From assembly GCA_050298055.1 (NCBI GenBank), contig JBNKTL010000015.1, positions 1-64,000 of the forward strand: a stretch of DNA of 64,000 nucleotides, written 5' to 3'. Shown here piece after piece: positions 1 through 10,766 of this stretch (position 1 is the first letter of the stretch; each line of letters starts with the position of its first letter). The position numbers were made by a program, and so were the translations under genes. The notes beneath the pieces are model-generated. The model saw only the letters and a program-made list of their open reading frames with translations. It did no database searches and had not been told where the DNA came from. The stretch comes from Spirochaetota bacterium. Lineage in GTDB: Bacteria > Spirochaetota > UBA4802 > UBA5550.

Positions 1-995
1 ACAGTAGTGAAAATATAGATCCCCCTGCCGGACCGTATTGCTTTTGAGGATGCGCCTTTTTTAAGCTTGAGGCAGGTATCCCTGAAAATCCTGGAGTTGC
101 TGATATCTGAAAGAACTTTCCCTTTCTTTCCCAGCTCCCTTACTCTTTCACCGATTTTAAAGATTTCACTGATACCGGTGTTCCCTTTCAGGATCCCTGC
201 GGCGCTGTCAAATGAACCCGGCTTTTCGGCAATTTTGTTTATCTTTTCTACCAGGGTATCGCTTATATCTTCCAGTTTCTTTTTTAAAAGTTTTTTCCTG
301 ACCCTCTCTCTGTCTGTTGCCGGGTCTTTTATCTCCTTGAGGTTACTGCTCATCTCTTTCTTAATCTCCGCGTCGGTAACCTGAAGAGTCGTGCCATATC
401 TCTTTTCTATCTCCTGTGTTGAAAGATGGGCATACCTGATCTTTATCCGGGAATTTTTCGTTATATACTCCTTTTTTATATCTTCCGAAGGGACGGCAAT
501 TCCCATCCGGATCAACCTGAAATAATCTCTTTTGAGAACATCATTTTTCAGGAGTTTGACCAGTTCATTGATGCTCATGTTGTTCTGACGCAGAATCAGC
601 TTGAGCCTCTCAGGATCATATTTACCCGTGGATGGGTTTTTAAATTCCGGCATCTCTTTGATTATTCTCATCATCCGGTCTTCTGATATTTCCAGCCCGG
701 TATTCTCAGCGTCCTGGACAAGGAGGATACCGCCGATAAAATTATTGAAAATAATGTTTTCAATCTCCTTGCTCTTGCCAAAATTCTGGCCCAGCTGATT
801 TTTATATCTCTCCCTGAATCTGTAATAATCGTAAGCATGTATCTTTTTTCCGTTGACCACCGCAGCTACGGATTTATCTGCTCCAATTCTGGAGAGGAAG
901 TCGGGCATTCCGAATGATATGACGATTATCAGGCCAAAAAAGCCGACTATGATATATCCCACAACTTTGACAAGTTTTGATTTTGCGTTAAACAT
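1..995 (-). CDS. SurA N-terminal domain / PpiD-like periplasmic chaperone (3' end lies outside the window)
   Basis: Not in ORF track. Manual translation from the ATG at 995 gives MFNAKSKLVKVVGYIIVGFFGLIIVISFGMPDF...VAAVVNGKKI...LLVQDAENTGLEISED...PEFKNPSTGKYD: an N-terminal membrane anchor plus SurA_N-type motifs. Confidence 0.75.
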   Translation of the reverse strand, partial: MFNAKSKLVKVVGYIIVGFFGLIIVISFGMPDFLSRIGADKSVAAVVNGKKIHAYDYYRFRERYKNQLGQNFGKSKEIENIIFNNFIGGILLVQDAENTGLEISEDRMMRIIKEMPEFKNPSTGKYDPERLKLILRQNNMSINELVKLLKNDVLKRDYFRLIRMGIAVPSEDIKKEYITKNSRIKIRYAHLSTQEIEKRYGTTLQVTDAEIKKEMSSNLKEIKDPATDRERVRKKLLKKKLEDISDTLVEKINKIAEKPGSFDSAAGILKGNTGISEIFKIGERVRELGKKGKVLSDISNSRIFRDTCLKLKKGASSKAIRSGRGIYIFTT

Positions 996-1077
996 GGCAT
1001 CTCTCTGTTAATATTTTTGTAAATATATACACCGGTATGACTATTTTTACCGGGGCACTATTTGTCAATGGATTAAT

Positions 1078-1248
1078 CTACTTCTTCGGGGCTTCGGATT
1101 CGTCTATAAGCATAACCGGGATTCCTTCCTTCACGGGATACTTTCTTCCGCATTCCGTACAGATGATCTTCTCATTCTTTGCGTCATATTCAACATCACC
1201 CTTGCATGCCGGGCAGGCGAGAATATCTAACAGTTTGGTATCTATCAT
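1078..1248 (-). CDS. Trm112/YcaR family protein (56 aa)
   Basis: Below the ORF-track cutoff. Manual translation: MIDTKLLDILACPACKGDVEYDAKNEKIICTECGRKYPVKEGIPVMLIDESEAPKK, with LACP..K and YPV.EGIPVML motifs. AGAGG RBS upstream. Confidence 0.9.
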   Translation of the reverse strand: MIDTKLLDILACPACKGDVEYDAKNEKIICTECGRKYPVKEGIPVMLIDESEAPKK

Positions 1249-1421
1249 TTTTTCCTCTTTACAATAGTATTGGGAATAAATCTCTATATAATAAGATAAT
1301 AGTCAATAAAATTAATTGAAAATGTTGCTCCACAGACCGGCCTTCAGGGGAAAAATTTAATTTTTTGAGATACCTATAAATTAATGCTTGAAATTATGTC
1401 CCATATGCTGATTATCTTGAT

Positions 1422-4400
1422 ATGAAATTTATCCACCTCCATAACCATTCCGACTACTCTGTTCTCGACGGGGGAATCACCGTTGACAGGCTTATTGCAA
1501 GGGCAAAAGAGCTCCGGATGCCCGGAATTGCCCTCACTGACCATGGGAACATGTTCGGCGCCATCGACTTTTACCAGAAGGCCAGAAAGGCTGAGATCAA
1601 ACCGATTATCGGCCAGGAGTTCTATGTGGCCCCGGGTTCCCGTTTTAAAAAGGAATCCGCAAGGGGAAGCGGCGGGGAGACAGCCTATCACCTGATACTT
1701 CTTGCCAGAAACGAAGAGGGGTACAGAAACCTCCTGAAGCTCTCCTCCCTGGGATATACCGAGGGGTTCTACTATAAACCGAGGATAGACATGGAGCTTA
1801 TCGAGAAACACTCCGGGGGGCTGATCTGCAGCTCTGCCTGTATCGCCGGGGAGATCCCTTCGGCCATACTCAGGGACGAGGGGAAGAGGGCCCGGGAACT
1901 CTCGGGCAGGTTCGCGGAGATCTTCGGAAAGGATCACTTTTACCTTGAGCTCCAGTATCACGGACTGGAGGAGCAGGTAAAGGCAAACCGTGAGCTCATA
2001 AAAATATCATCCGAGCTTGACATCCCCCTCATCGCCACCAATGACGCGCACTACGTGAACAGGGAAGACGCGTACTCCCATGAGGTCCTTCTCTGCATCC
2101 AGACCGGGAAAATCATGGAGGATGAGAACCGCATGCGTTTTTCATCGGACCAGTTCTATCTAAAAACCGCGGAGGAGATGAACTCCCTCTTTTCAAAGTA
2201 TCCCGGGTCCCTGAGCAACACATGGAAAATATATGAGATGATTGACCTGGAGCTTGAGCTGGGAAACCCGGTCCTTCCCCGGTTCGATGTGCCCGAGGGT
2301 TACAACCTGGATACATATCTCAACCATCTCGTTTACCAGGGGGCAGAGAAGAGATACGGGTCCCCTCTCCCCGACGATGTTGTCAAACGTATTGAATACG
2401 AGCTCTCGGTCATTAGAAGTATGCACTTTCCCGGATACTTCCTTATCGTCTGGGACTTTATCAACGAGGCCAGGAAGATGAATATTCCCGTGGGACCGGG
2501 ACGCGGTTCCGCCGCCGGTTCCATCATCGCCTACTGTCTCGATATAACGGCGCTGGACCCCCTGAAGTATGACCTCCTTTTCGAGAGGTTTCTCAATCCC
2601 GACAGGAATGAGATGCCCGACATGGACCTTGACTTCTGCGCGGAGAGGAGAGAGGAGATCATCGACTATATCAAGAGAAAGTATGGCGAAGACCACGTAA
2701 GCCAGATCATCACTTATAACAAGATGACATCAAAGGCTGTTGTCAAGGATGTTGCCCGGACACTGAACATCCCCTTCGCCACGGCAAATGATATCAGTAA
2801 ATATATCGACCAGGACACACTCCAGAAGAGCATAGATTCATCGAAGGAACTCCAGGCCCTCCGGAAGGACGAGGAGATGGGGAAGGAGCTCCTTGAGATA
2901 TCCCTCAGGCTTGAGGGGCTGATAAAGTCCGCGGGCAAGCATGCGGCGGGCGTGGTCATCTCAAAGGGGCCCCTGACCGACTATGTGCCCCTCTATAAAG
3001 ACAAAGACGGATACGTATCTTCCCAGTACGATATGAAGACCCTGGAAAGGGCCGGGCTTGTGAAAATGGATATCCTTGGCCTCAGGAACCTTACCATAAT
3101 CGATAAATGCCTGAAACTTATCGAGGAAACCGAGGGGAAGAAGATCGATATCAAATCAATCCCCCTTGATGACAAAAAGGTCTACGCCCTGCTCCAGCGC
3201 GCTGATACCAAGGGGATCTTCCAGCTGGAAAAAAGCGGCATGCAAAATCTCCTGAAAAAGCTGGAACCCACCTGTTTTGAGGACATTATCGCCATCGTGG
3301 CCCTCTACAGGCCGGGCCCCCTGGAATCGGGGATGACCGAGAACTTTATCGAGCGGAAGAGAACCCCCTCCCTGGTGTCATACCCGCACCCCTCCCTTGA
3401 ACCCGTTTTAAAAGATACCCTGGGAGTGGTCATCTACCAGGAACAGGTGATGCTCATCTCACAGGTCATGGGGGGATTTACTCTCCCCGAAGCGGACAGG
3501 CTCCGGAAGGCCATGGGTAAAAAGATCATGGCTATCGTCGATGAGCTTGAGCCGAAGTTTCTTGAGGGCGCCGCGGCAAAAAATATCGATAAAAACCTTG
3601 CCCAGAATGTCTACAACATGATGAAGGAGTTTGCAAAGTACGGCTTCAATAAGTCACACTCCGCTGCATACGCCCTGATCTCGTACCAGACGGCCTACCT
3701 GAAGGCCTACTTTCCCCTTCAGTTCATGACGGCCCTTCTCTCCGCGCAGCCGGATAAGCAGGATGACGTTATCCAGTATATTGCCGACTGCAAAGAGATG
3801 GGGATAGACGTCCTTCAACCGCTTATTAATAAGAGCGACTTTGACTTTGTCATTGAGGGGGGCTCCATCCGTTTCGGCCTGGGGGCAGTGAAGGGGCTGG
3901 GCGGCAAGGCCATTGAGGACATTGTTCAGGCCCGGGAGGAATCGGGAGGATTCGCCACACTGAAGGACTTCCTTGAGAATATCAGCACCGCGACCCTGAA
4001 CAAGGGTGTCTTCGAAGCGCTGATCAAGTCAGGGGCCCTGGATGAGCATTACCCCGAGAGGGGAAGGCTCTTTAATTCCATTGATATCCTTATGGATACG
4101 GCAAAGAGGTACCAGGAGGACAGGATATCGGGCCAGGGTGATCTCTTTGGAGGAGAGAGTTCCGGTTCCGGGCTTCCCCCGGAGATCTCAGCGGCGGCCG
4201 GCTGGGAGGAACGGGAAAGGCTGGACAATGAAAAAGAGGTCCTGGGGCTCTATATTTCGGGGCATCCGCTGGCGGAGTTTTCCGATGAGATCAGTGCCCT
4301 CTCATCGGTCTCGATTTCCGGGATCAGTGAAGAGCACAGGGGAAGGGACGTGACAATTATCGGGCTCATCAGGAACCTGGAGATCAAAAGGTCGCAGAAG

Positions 4401-4871
4401 AACAACAGGGAGTATGGAAGAGGAACACTGGAGGACCTTGACGGGACCATCGGCGTGCTCCTTTTCTCTTCAACGCTGAAAAAGTTCAGGGAGATCGTGA
4501 TGTCCAACCAGCCGGTTGCGGTGAAGGGGAGGGTTGAATCGGAAAGTGATTTTCCCAGCAGTCTCATCGTGAGCGAAGTGAAGACCCTGAACCGGTTCAG
4601 GCGCGAATCCATATCCGCCATCCATATAAAGCTTGATCCCGGTCAACTGGACAACTCTGTCCTGGAATCTCTCAAGTCGGCATTCATGAATAACAGGGGT
4701 GACTGTCCCATATACTTTCATGTTGACGGGGAGGATAATGAAAAGATCATAAAGGCGCACTCAACCTTTAACATAGAGCCGTCGGAAGACTTTGTAAAAG
4801 ACCTCGCCCGTATCCTGGGCAATAAATCCCTCAGGTACACAATCGGGCACAATGTTTTGGGAAGCGGCTGA
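1422..4871 (+). CDS. dnaE: DNA polymerase III subunit alpha
   Basis: PHP domain HLHNHSDYS..DG, GPGRGSAAGS, MPDMDLDF, KHAAGVVI, YGFNKSHSAAY, C-terminal OB fold; 1149 aa, no intein. Confidence 0.98.
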   Translation: MKFIHLHNHSDYSVLDGGITVDRLIARAKELRMPGIALTDHGNMFGAIDFYQKARKAEIKPIIGQEFYVAPGSRFKKESARGSGGETAYHLILLARNEEGYRNLLKLSSLGYTEGFYYKPRIDMELIEKHSGGLICSSACIAGEIPSAILRDEGKRARELSGRFAEIFGKDHFYLELQYHGLEEQVKANRELIKISSELDIPLIATNDAHYVNREDAYSHEVLLCIQTGKIMEDENRMRFSSDQFYLKTAEEMNSLFSKYPGSLSNTWKIYEMIDLELELGNPVLPRFDVPEGYNLDTYLNHLVYQGAEKRYGSPLPDDVVKRIEYELSVIRSMHFPGYFLIVWDFINEARKMNIPVGPGRGSAAGSIIAYCLDITALDPLKYDLLFERFLNPDRNEMPDMDLDFCAERREEIIDYIKRKYGEDHVSQIITYNKMTSKAVVKDVARTLNIPFATANDISKYIDQDTLQKSIDSSKELQALRKDEEMGKELLEISLRLEGLIKSAGKHAAGVVISKGPLTDYVPLYKDKDGYVSSQYDMKTLERAGLVKMDILGLRNLTIIDKCLKLIEETEGKKIDIKSIPLDDKKVYALLQRADTKGIFQLEKSGMQNLLKKLEPTCFEDIIAIVALYRPGPLESGMTENFIERKRTPSLVSYPHPSLEPVLKDTLGVVIYQEQVMLISQVMGGFTLPEADRLRKAMGKKIMAIVDELEPKFLEGAAAKNIDKNLAQNVYNMMKEFAKYGFNKSHSAAYALISYQTAYLKAYFPLQFMTALLSAQPDKQDDVIQYIADCKEMGIDVLQPLINKSDFDFVIEGGSIRFGLGAVKGLGGKAIEDIVQAREESGGFATLKDFLENISTATLNKGVFEALIKSGALDEHYPERGRLFNSIDILMDTAKRYQEDRISGQGDLFGGESSGSGLPPEISAAAGWEERERLDNEKEVLGLYISGHPLAEFSDEISALSSVSISGISEEHRGRDVTIIGLIRNLEIKRSQKNNREYGRGTLEDLDGTIGVLLFSSTLKKFREIVMSNQPVAVKGRVESESDFPSSLIVSEVKTLNRFRRESISAIHIKLDPGQLDNSVLESLKSAFMNNRGDCPIYFHVDGEDNEKIIKAHSTFNIEPSEDFVKDLARILGNKSLRYTIGHNVLGSG

Positions 4872-4901
4872 TAAATTTTTACACTATTTTCAGAGGAACA
4901 A

Positions 4902-6050
4902 ATGATTGTAAACACTCATCGATGGATTACCGCGGCAGAATATGTCGACTGGAGAGAAACAAATGAATATGGCTTGAGAATGCTTGAAATGGATGATCCT
5001 GATCAGGATCTGCCCGATGAAGCATTTGGCGTTTATATTGCTGAGTCTGCCGACGATATTTTGAAGTCCTTATCGGGAAATGAAAATATCATAGCTGTAA
5101 ATATTGATTTAACCGGTATTCATCAGGAAGGTATTGATGCCCTTTCCACTCTGCCCAATCTCTATGCGCTTTCACTTCTCAATGCCTTCGGCTTTAAGGG
5201 GAATGAACTCGCAGCATTAAGCAGGAATTCCAGTCTCCGTGAACTCAGTATTGGAGAGAGTTGTAAAGAATGGGACTTTTTATCTTCGCTGAAAAATCTT
5301 CAGGTTTTAATTACCGGCTCCGCGGGAGATGACATGGCTGAGCGCCTGCCTGCTCTTTCTCATCTTTGCGAACTCAAGGTCCACTTTGGCAATATGACTG
5401 AAGCAGGATTGAAAAATATCTCCCGTTGTCATTCTCTTGAGGGACTTTCATTACATAATATAAAAGCTGACAGTGAATCTTACGGAAAACTTTCGGCCCT
5501 TCAAAAACTCAGGTTTCTCGTGATACATGGCCATAGCAGCTGGCCGTCTGATACACCCGAGTCCGAGCAGTCCGTTTCAGTTGACGATAATTGCATTCAC
5601 GCATTTGAAAAATTGCCCCTTCAGGGCCTTTTCCTGGAAAAATGCCGTATTACAGATGTTAGCCTTAAATCCGTTCGAAAAATTGAGGCTCTCAATAAAC
5701 TGGTTTTAAATCAATGTCCGTTCCTTACGGAAAAATGTCTGGACTTTTTGCAAAATGTAAATTTTGCTTATAACATTGAGGTCCGGGAAGATAAGAGTGA
5801 GGATTCAGAGGATTGGTCTCTCTATGAACATCCCCGGGAGAATCGGCGCTTCCGGATAGATGATTTAAAACCCTTAATTGGAAAATCTGTAAAAGTTGAA
5901 TTAACTCATGGAATCATTGCAGAGGGTGTTCTTCGAGAGGTATTCGAAGATGACTACCTGGTTCTTTTAAAAGATGAAGGTTCTCAATTGGGAATGACAA
6001 TCTCAATTGAGAGTATTGTAAATATTAAAATTGATTTACAAAATAAGTAA
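4902..6050 (+). CDS. Leucine-rich repeat protein with a small C-terminal beta-barrel (Sm/SH3-like) domain
   Basis: Repeated LxxLxxLxL units and C.ITD.SL / CPFLTEKCL caps; C-terminus LIGKSVKVELTHG...EGVL...DYLVL. Confidence 0.55.
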   Translation: MIVNTHRWITAAEYVDWRETNEYGLRMLEMDDPDQDLPDEAFGVYIAESADDILKSLSGNENIIAVNIDLTGIHQEGIDALSTLPNLYALSLLNAFGFKGNELAALSRNSSLRELSIGESCKEWDFLSSLKNLQVLITGSAGDDMAERLPALSHLCELKVHFGNMTEAGLKNISRCHSLEGLSLHNIKADSESYGKLSALQKLRFLVIHGHSSWPSDTPESEQSVSVDDNCIHAFEKLPLQGLFLEKCRITDVSLKSVRKIEALNKLVLNQCPFLTEKCLDFLQNVNFAYNIEVREDKSEDSEDWSLYEHPRENRRFRIDDLKPLIGKSVKVELTHGIIAEGVLREVFEDDYLVLLKDEGSQLGMTISIESIVNIKIDLQNK

Positions 6051-6098
6051 AATCATATCCTTGATTACCCTGTTAAATGAGTTTCCTTAAATAAAAAA

Positions 6099-6761
6099 AT
6101 GAATTCCGAGTTTATTACAAAGACCCAGATGAACTTTTATTCAGACCTTCTGGAGAGGTATGATATCTACTCTCAGAGTGCCGTTGCCTGGTTTGACGGG
6201 GGGCAGGAAGCCAGGTTCAGGGAACTTGCCGGGATCATACCCGGAAAAACCGTACCCTGTACCCTGCTTGACGTGGGATGCGGTATGGGGGATATGCGGG
6301 ATTACCTTCTGAGGAACGGCTATACCGGTGTTGATTATACGGGCATTGACGCACTGGGGGAGATGGTGGAATCGGGAAAGAGAAAGTATCCCGGAATCAG
6401 GCTCTCTCAAATGGAGTTCATGTCCGGGGATTTCAGGAGTGAGTTTGATATCCTGGTCAGTTCCGGGGCCATGAACCTGAGGATGTTCCGGACCCGGGGA
6501 AAACAGGAAGAGTATATCGCGGGCTTTATTCATAAACTTTACCGGCTGTCCATACGGAGCTGCGCGTTCAACCTTCTCTGCACCGGGGAGAGCCGTCACT
6601 TTTGCAATGACCGGGGCATCTACTATGCTGACAGGAACGCGGTTTATAAACTCTGCAGGAATATCTGCAGGGACGTTGAGCTTAGCTACAAAAGTGAATT
6701 ATTCGGTTTTACCGTTACCATGAGAAAAGACCCGGAATGCAGCCTGTCTTCAAATAAATGA
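6099..6761 (+). CDS. Class I SAM-dependent methyltransferase
   Basis: LLDVGCGMG motif I, YTGID, FDILVSSGAMN. Confidence 0.85.
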   Translation: MNSEFITKTQMNFYSDLLERYDIYSQSAVAWFDGGQEARFRELAGIIPGKTVPCTLLDVGCGMGDMRDYLLRNGYTGVDYTGIDALGEMVESGKRKYPGIRLSQMEFMSGDFRSEFDILVSSGAMNLRMFRTRGKQEEYIAGFIHKLYRLSIRSCAFNLLCTGESRHFCNDRGIYYADRNAVYKLCRNICRDVELSYKSELFGFTVTMRKDPECSLSSNK

Positions 6762-6917
6762 CCTGACCTGTTATTAATTTATCTATTCAAAAATTATTAC
6801 CCGTTTTCTCTATCCCAAAATAAACTAAAAAGTACGCAAAAATAGGACACATTGCACTTTATCACAAAAAAAATTTTTTGTAATATAATGAGGAAAATTT
6901 TTTTGGGGGTGAATGAG

Positions 6918-7364
6918 ATGTCATACAGAGAATGGAGACCTGAATACAATGTATCGGTAAAGGCATTCAATGAAGACCACAGGAAGCTTTTCGGGTATCT
7001 GAACGAACTGCAACGGGGAGTAAGTTCCGGACTTGGAGTTTCCAGCATGGGGTATATCCTCAAGGGGCTTGTGGATTATACCATTGAGCACTTCAAAAGA
7101 GAAGAAGTCCTCATGAAAAGGTATCATTATCCTAATCCTGAGTATATTGCCCATAAAGGGGAACATGAGAAACTCCTTGAGGAAGTGGGAGAGTTTTATC
7201 ATGACTTCCTGGAGGGGAAGAGCCAGTTTTCCCTGGAACTTCTGTCCTTCCTGAGTGACTGGGTAACGAACCACATTCTGAATACAGATATGAAGTATAA
7301 ATCCTTCTTCAAAGATATTGCAGAAAAACAGAAAGTCGTGAGGGAAAAAGCCAAGATAGCTTAG
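6918..7364 (+). CDS. Bacteriohemerythrin
   Basis: W...Y.V...N.DHRKL, HFKREE.LM, HKGEH, W..NHI...D..Y iron-ligand pattern. Start placed at ATG 6918. Confidence 0.93.
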   Translation: MSYREWRPEYNVSVKAFNEDHRKLFGYLNELQRGVSSGLGVSSMGYILKGLVDYTIEHFKREEVLMKRYHYPNPEYIAHKGEHEKLLEEVGEFYHDFLEGKSQFSLELLSFLSDWVTNHILNTDMKYKSFFKDIAEKQKVVREKAKIA

Positions 7365-7646
7365 CCCTTCTTCTGCGGTAAAATCCCGGAATTTTTTTAA
7401 CGATGCCTCTGCCCCCTGGTTTTTCAAAGAGAGAAAAACTTTCAGGGTAGAGGTAGACCTTACTCCCGGGCCCTTTCACACGGGATAAACCGGAAAAATT
7501 TATTAATTTTTCAGATTATCGGGGTTCCCGAAGAAAAAAACCTGAAGAAACGTCAGTTCATAAAGAATTTATGAAGAATAATATTTGACTCAATAGAGTT
7601 TACTGAAAAATATTATCCTGGATTTTTCATTATTGGTTCTGTTTTC

Positions 7647-8501
7647 ATGGAAAGTATTGATTGTATTTTATGTACTGGAAGCTTAAAGCCTGTTTTTACC
7701 AAGGACTCGAGGTTTGGTGAGAGCTTCACCCTTGTCCGGTGCGGGAGCTGCGGTCTTGAGTTTGTTTCTCCGCGGCCGGAGAGTCACGAAATCGGCAGGT
7801 ACTATGAACCCGAATATTTTACCCGGAGGACTGAAAGGGGATACGATAATTATTTTTCAGATAAAATCAGAAATGAGGTTGAACGCGTTTTCAGGATGAA
7901 CCTTGAGGACCTCGGGTTCTTTGAATTTGAAAAAGATCTTGGAGGAAACAAATCATCACTGGACATAGGGTGCGCCGCCGGATACTTTGTGGCTTACATG
8001 AAAGAGAGGGGATGGGATTCTTCCGGGATAGATGTTTCAAAGGAGTGTACCGATTTTGCCGCGGGAAGAGGTCTCGCGGTAAAAAACGGGGATTACCTGA
8101 AAGAGGAATACAATCACGGTTTTGATCTCATAACTCTCTGGGCGTCAATTGAGCACCTTCATCATCCCGGACGTTTTCTGGAAAAGATCTCCAGCGATCT
8201 CAATGACAGGGGCAGGCTCTACATCTCAACCTGCAGGACAGGTGGTTTGAACTTCAAACGGCTTTTCGGGAAGAACTGGAGGTTCTACAACTTCCCCGAG
8301 CACCTCTATTTTTTTTCTCTGGGAACTATGAGAAAGTTACTGGAGAAGCACGGGTTCAGGATCATCAGAACGGTAACCTACGGGAGCGGAGTGGGAAAGA
8401 GCGGTTCGCCGGTGAAGACGGTTGCGGATTTTCTCGCAAAGAAATTAAATCTCGGTGATATGATGCTGGTCTCGGCAGAAAAAAATAGATTAGAAGATTG
8501 A
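7647..8501 (+). CDS. Class I SAM-dependent methyltransferase with N-terminal Zn ribbon
   Basis: CILC..C..CG N-terminus, LDIGCAAG, FDLITLWASIEH, PEHLYFFS. Confidence 0.85.
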   Translation: MESIDCILCTGSLKPVFTKDSRFGESFTLVRCGSCGLEFVSPRPESHEIGRYYEPEYFTRRTERGYDNYFSDKIRNEVERVFRMNLEDLGFFEFEKDLGGNKSSLDIGCAAGYFVAYMKERGWDSSGIDVSKECTDFAAGRGLAVKNGDYLKEEYNHGFDLITLWASIEHLHHPGRFLEKISSDLNDRGRLYISTCRTGGLNFKRLFGKNWRFYNFPEHLYFFSLGTMRKLLEKHGFRIIRTVTYGSGVGKSGSPVKTVADFLAKKLNLGDMMLVSAEKNRLED

Positions 8502-8576
8502 GAAAGAGTGTAAAAAAGGGGATAGGGAGATAGAAGAGATAGGTTAGAAGATTATGATAATTGTTTGGACAAAAGT

Positions 8577-9446
8577 ATGGAATGTATTAGTAAAATAGAG
8601 GATCTCAGAAGAATTATTAAGGATCAGAAAAAGAAGGGGCGCAAAATCGGTTTCGTCCCCACAATGGGTTTTCTCCACCGGGGGCATCTCAGCCTTGTTG
8701 AGGAATCCCAGAAGTATTCTGACTACCAGGTGATGAGTATTTTTGTGAATAAAATTCAGTTTAACGATAAAGGTGATTTCGATTCATACCCCAGAGACCT
8801 TGAGACCGATTCACAACTTGCCCGGGATGCCGGTGTGGACCTTCTCTTTGTTCCCGATGATTCAGAGGTCTACGAGGAGAGGCTCACAACCGTCCATATG
8901 GAGAAGCTTACGGATAACCTCTGCGGCGCGCACAGGCCCGGTCATTTTGACGGTGTTTTTACCGTGGTGAGCAAGCTCTTCAACATGGTACAGCCGGATA
9001 TATCCGTTTTCGGGCAAAAGGATATTCAGCAGGCAGTCTCCATAGAAAAGATGGTAAAGGACCTGAATTTTCCCGTTGAGATAATTATTGCGCCTATTGT
9101 CAGGGAGGATTCGGGGCTGGCAATGAGTTCACGGAACAAGCACCTCAGCCATGAGGAGAGGGAGAGGGCTCTTTCAATCTACAGAGGGCTTGGAAAAGCC
9201 GAAAAAATGCTGAAAGCGGGTGAAAGGGGGTCAGAGCCGTTAACAGATGCGATTGAAAAGATCGTGGCAGAGGGTAAACCAGATAAAATCGATTATATCT
9301 CTCTTGTTGATTACAATACCCTGGATTTTATCCGGAAAGTAGAAGGGAAATCAGTCATTGCCGTGGCGGCATTTTACGGAAGTACACGGCTCATTGACAA
9401 CATGATTGTTGAAGTGAAAGGTGATGAGATAAGATGTATTTATTAA
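8577..9446 (+). CDS. panC: Pantoate--beta-alanine ligase
   Basis: GFVPTMGFLHRGH, SIFVN..QF, RPGHFDGV, FGQKD.QQ, GLAMSSRN, RLIDN. Confidence 0.97.
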   Translation: MECISKIEDLRRIIKDQKKKGRKIGFVPTMGFLHRGHLSLVEESQKYSDYQVMSIFVNKIQFNDKGDFDSYPRDLETDSQLARDAGVDLLFVPDDSEVYEERLTTVHMEKLTDNLCGAHRPGHFDGVFTVVSKLFNMVQPDISVFGQKDIQQAVSIEKMVKDLNFPVEIIIAPIVREDSGLAMSSRNKHLSHEERERALSIYRGLGKAEKMLKAGERGSEPLTDAIEKIVAEGKPDKIDYISLVDYNTLDFIRKVEGKSVIAVAAFYGSTRLIDNMIVEVKGDEIRCIY

Positions 9447-9892
9447 GGTCCAAACTTTTCATTCCGATACTCCTGGTTTTACCCCTGTCATGCAAGCCCA
9501 TGGGCCCCCTCACACCCGTTGAGTCATTCACTCTGTTGAAAAAGGCGGCCCCCGCAGGTGAAGCGGGACAGGTTGTAAAACTCCTTTCCCGTGAAAGTCT
9601 CCTGAAGATAAAGGTAACCCTGGACCATTTGAAGTCACTGGAGGATAAACAGGCTGTTCATCTCTCCGGGATTTACGGTATAGATGCCGCTGATATCAGG
9701 AAACTCAGTGTGGAGGATTTTATAAAGATCTATCTCAAAAAGAAAGGAAATATCCTGCTGCAAATACTGGATTATAATCCCGCGGCAATAGAACTTAAAG
9801 GAAAAGAAGCGGTGATTCGTGTTGAAAACGGCATGAAGATATATTTTGTCAAGGAAGGACCTTACTGGAAGCTGGACTTTACCCGGCTTTGA
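9434..9892 (+). CDS. Hypothetical lipoprotein
   Basis: Signal peptide with LPLSC lipobox; C-terminal FVKEG..WKLD; overlaps the panC stop. Confidence 0.6.
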   Translation: MYLLRSKLFIPILLVLPLSCKPMGPLTPVESFTLLKKAAPAGEAGQVVKLLSRESLLKIKVTLDHLKSLEDKQAVHLSGIYGIDAADIRKLSVEDFIKIYLKKKGNILLQILDYNPAAIELKGKEAVIRVENGMKIYFVKEGPYWKLDFTRL

Positions 9893-9911
9893 ACTGACAG
9901 CACCGGTTTGT

Positions 9912-10766
9912 CTATGAAGCCAGTTTCTCCCGGGCTTTAAGGAGGAGTTTTTCAGCCTTGTTGTTGTTCCCCTTGAAGATATACAGCATACTGAGCTTGG
10001 TGAATTCCCTGATATTTGATTTTTCAAATTTAATCATCTTTTCAAGGTCTTCGATCTCCCTGTCAATGTCATCGATCTCTTTCATCTTGTTTTCATATGT
10101 GAGACTGTTAAGAAACTTCCTGTACTTTTTATAATTTGGCTGGTTTTTCAGGGCTTCTGTGAGATACTTTACAGATTCCTCATACCTTCCCAGGAAGTAG
10201 CAGCAGAAACCGTAATATTTGTTTATAAAGATTCTGTCTTCATAGCTGTCCATGATATTTTCAAGGCAGAGAGCCGCGTTCCGGTAATCCTTCCAGTCGT
10301 AGTAGATTGTTGAAAGCAGGTAGTTGGCTTTCACATGCTTTTTATCTATTTTAATGACGTTCTTAAAGTATTTTTCAGATTTTTTCAGGTTCTCGAGATT
10401 ATAATATGTGAGCGCAGTATAGAAATTCCCTTCAGGAAATTTCCTGTTGATATTTACGGAATCGAGGAAATATTCCAGCGCTTCTTTATAATCCCTGCTG
10501 TTATAGTACTCAACCCCTATGTTGAGAAGGACTTTTTGGTCTTTCCTTATATTCAGGGCCTCCCTGTATGTTTCCATTGCAGTTTCAGTCTTGCCCAGCT
10601 GTGAGTATATTTCACCGATGTTGTTGTATGCCTCAACAAATTCCGGATGGATTTCAATGGCTCTCCTGTATTCGATTATTGCAGATTCAAGGTCCCCTCT
10701 GCTGGACATCTCCAGGGCCCTGTTATATATCCTGACAGCTTCCTGCGGTACTGAATTACTGTTCAT
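9912..10766 (-). CDS. Tetratricopeptide repeat protein
   Basis: Multiple TPRs (AYNNIGEIY, LLNIGVEYY, NFYTALTYY). Confidence 0.85.
   Translation of the reverse strand: MNSNSVPQEAVRIYNRALEMSSRGDLESAIIEYRRAIEIHPEFVEAYNNIGEIYSQLGKTETAMETYREALNIRKDQKVLLNIGVEYYNSRDYKEALEYFLDSVNINRKFPEGNFYTALTYYNLENLKKSEKYFKNVIKIDKKHVKANYLLSTIYYDWKDYRNAALCLENIMDSYEDRIFINKYYGFCCYFLGRYEESVKYLTEALKNQPNYKKYRKFLNSLTYENKMKEIDDIDREIEDLEKMIKFEKSNIREFTKLSMLYIFKGNNNKAEKLLLKAREKLAS

Noticed and set aside
67..1267. Short plus-strand ORFs at the window start
   Set aside because: They are antisense shadows of the minus-strand SurA-like and Trm112 genes.
1422..4871. Intein in DnaE
   Set aside because: The length is normal and the motifs are contiguous; there is no C...HN insertion.
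1374..4915. Antisense and alternate-frame ORFs within dnaE (and similar ones throughout the window)
   Set aside because: They overlap well-supported genes and have no recognisable motifs.
8486..8553. Purine-rich imperfect repeats (atag(a/g)ttagaagatt) before panC
   Set aside because: Only two short imperfect copies in low-complexity DNA; no function can be supported.
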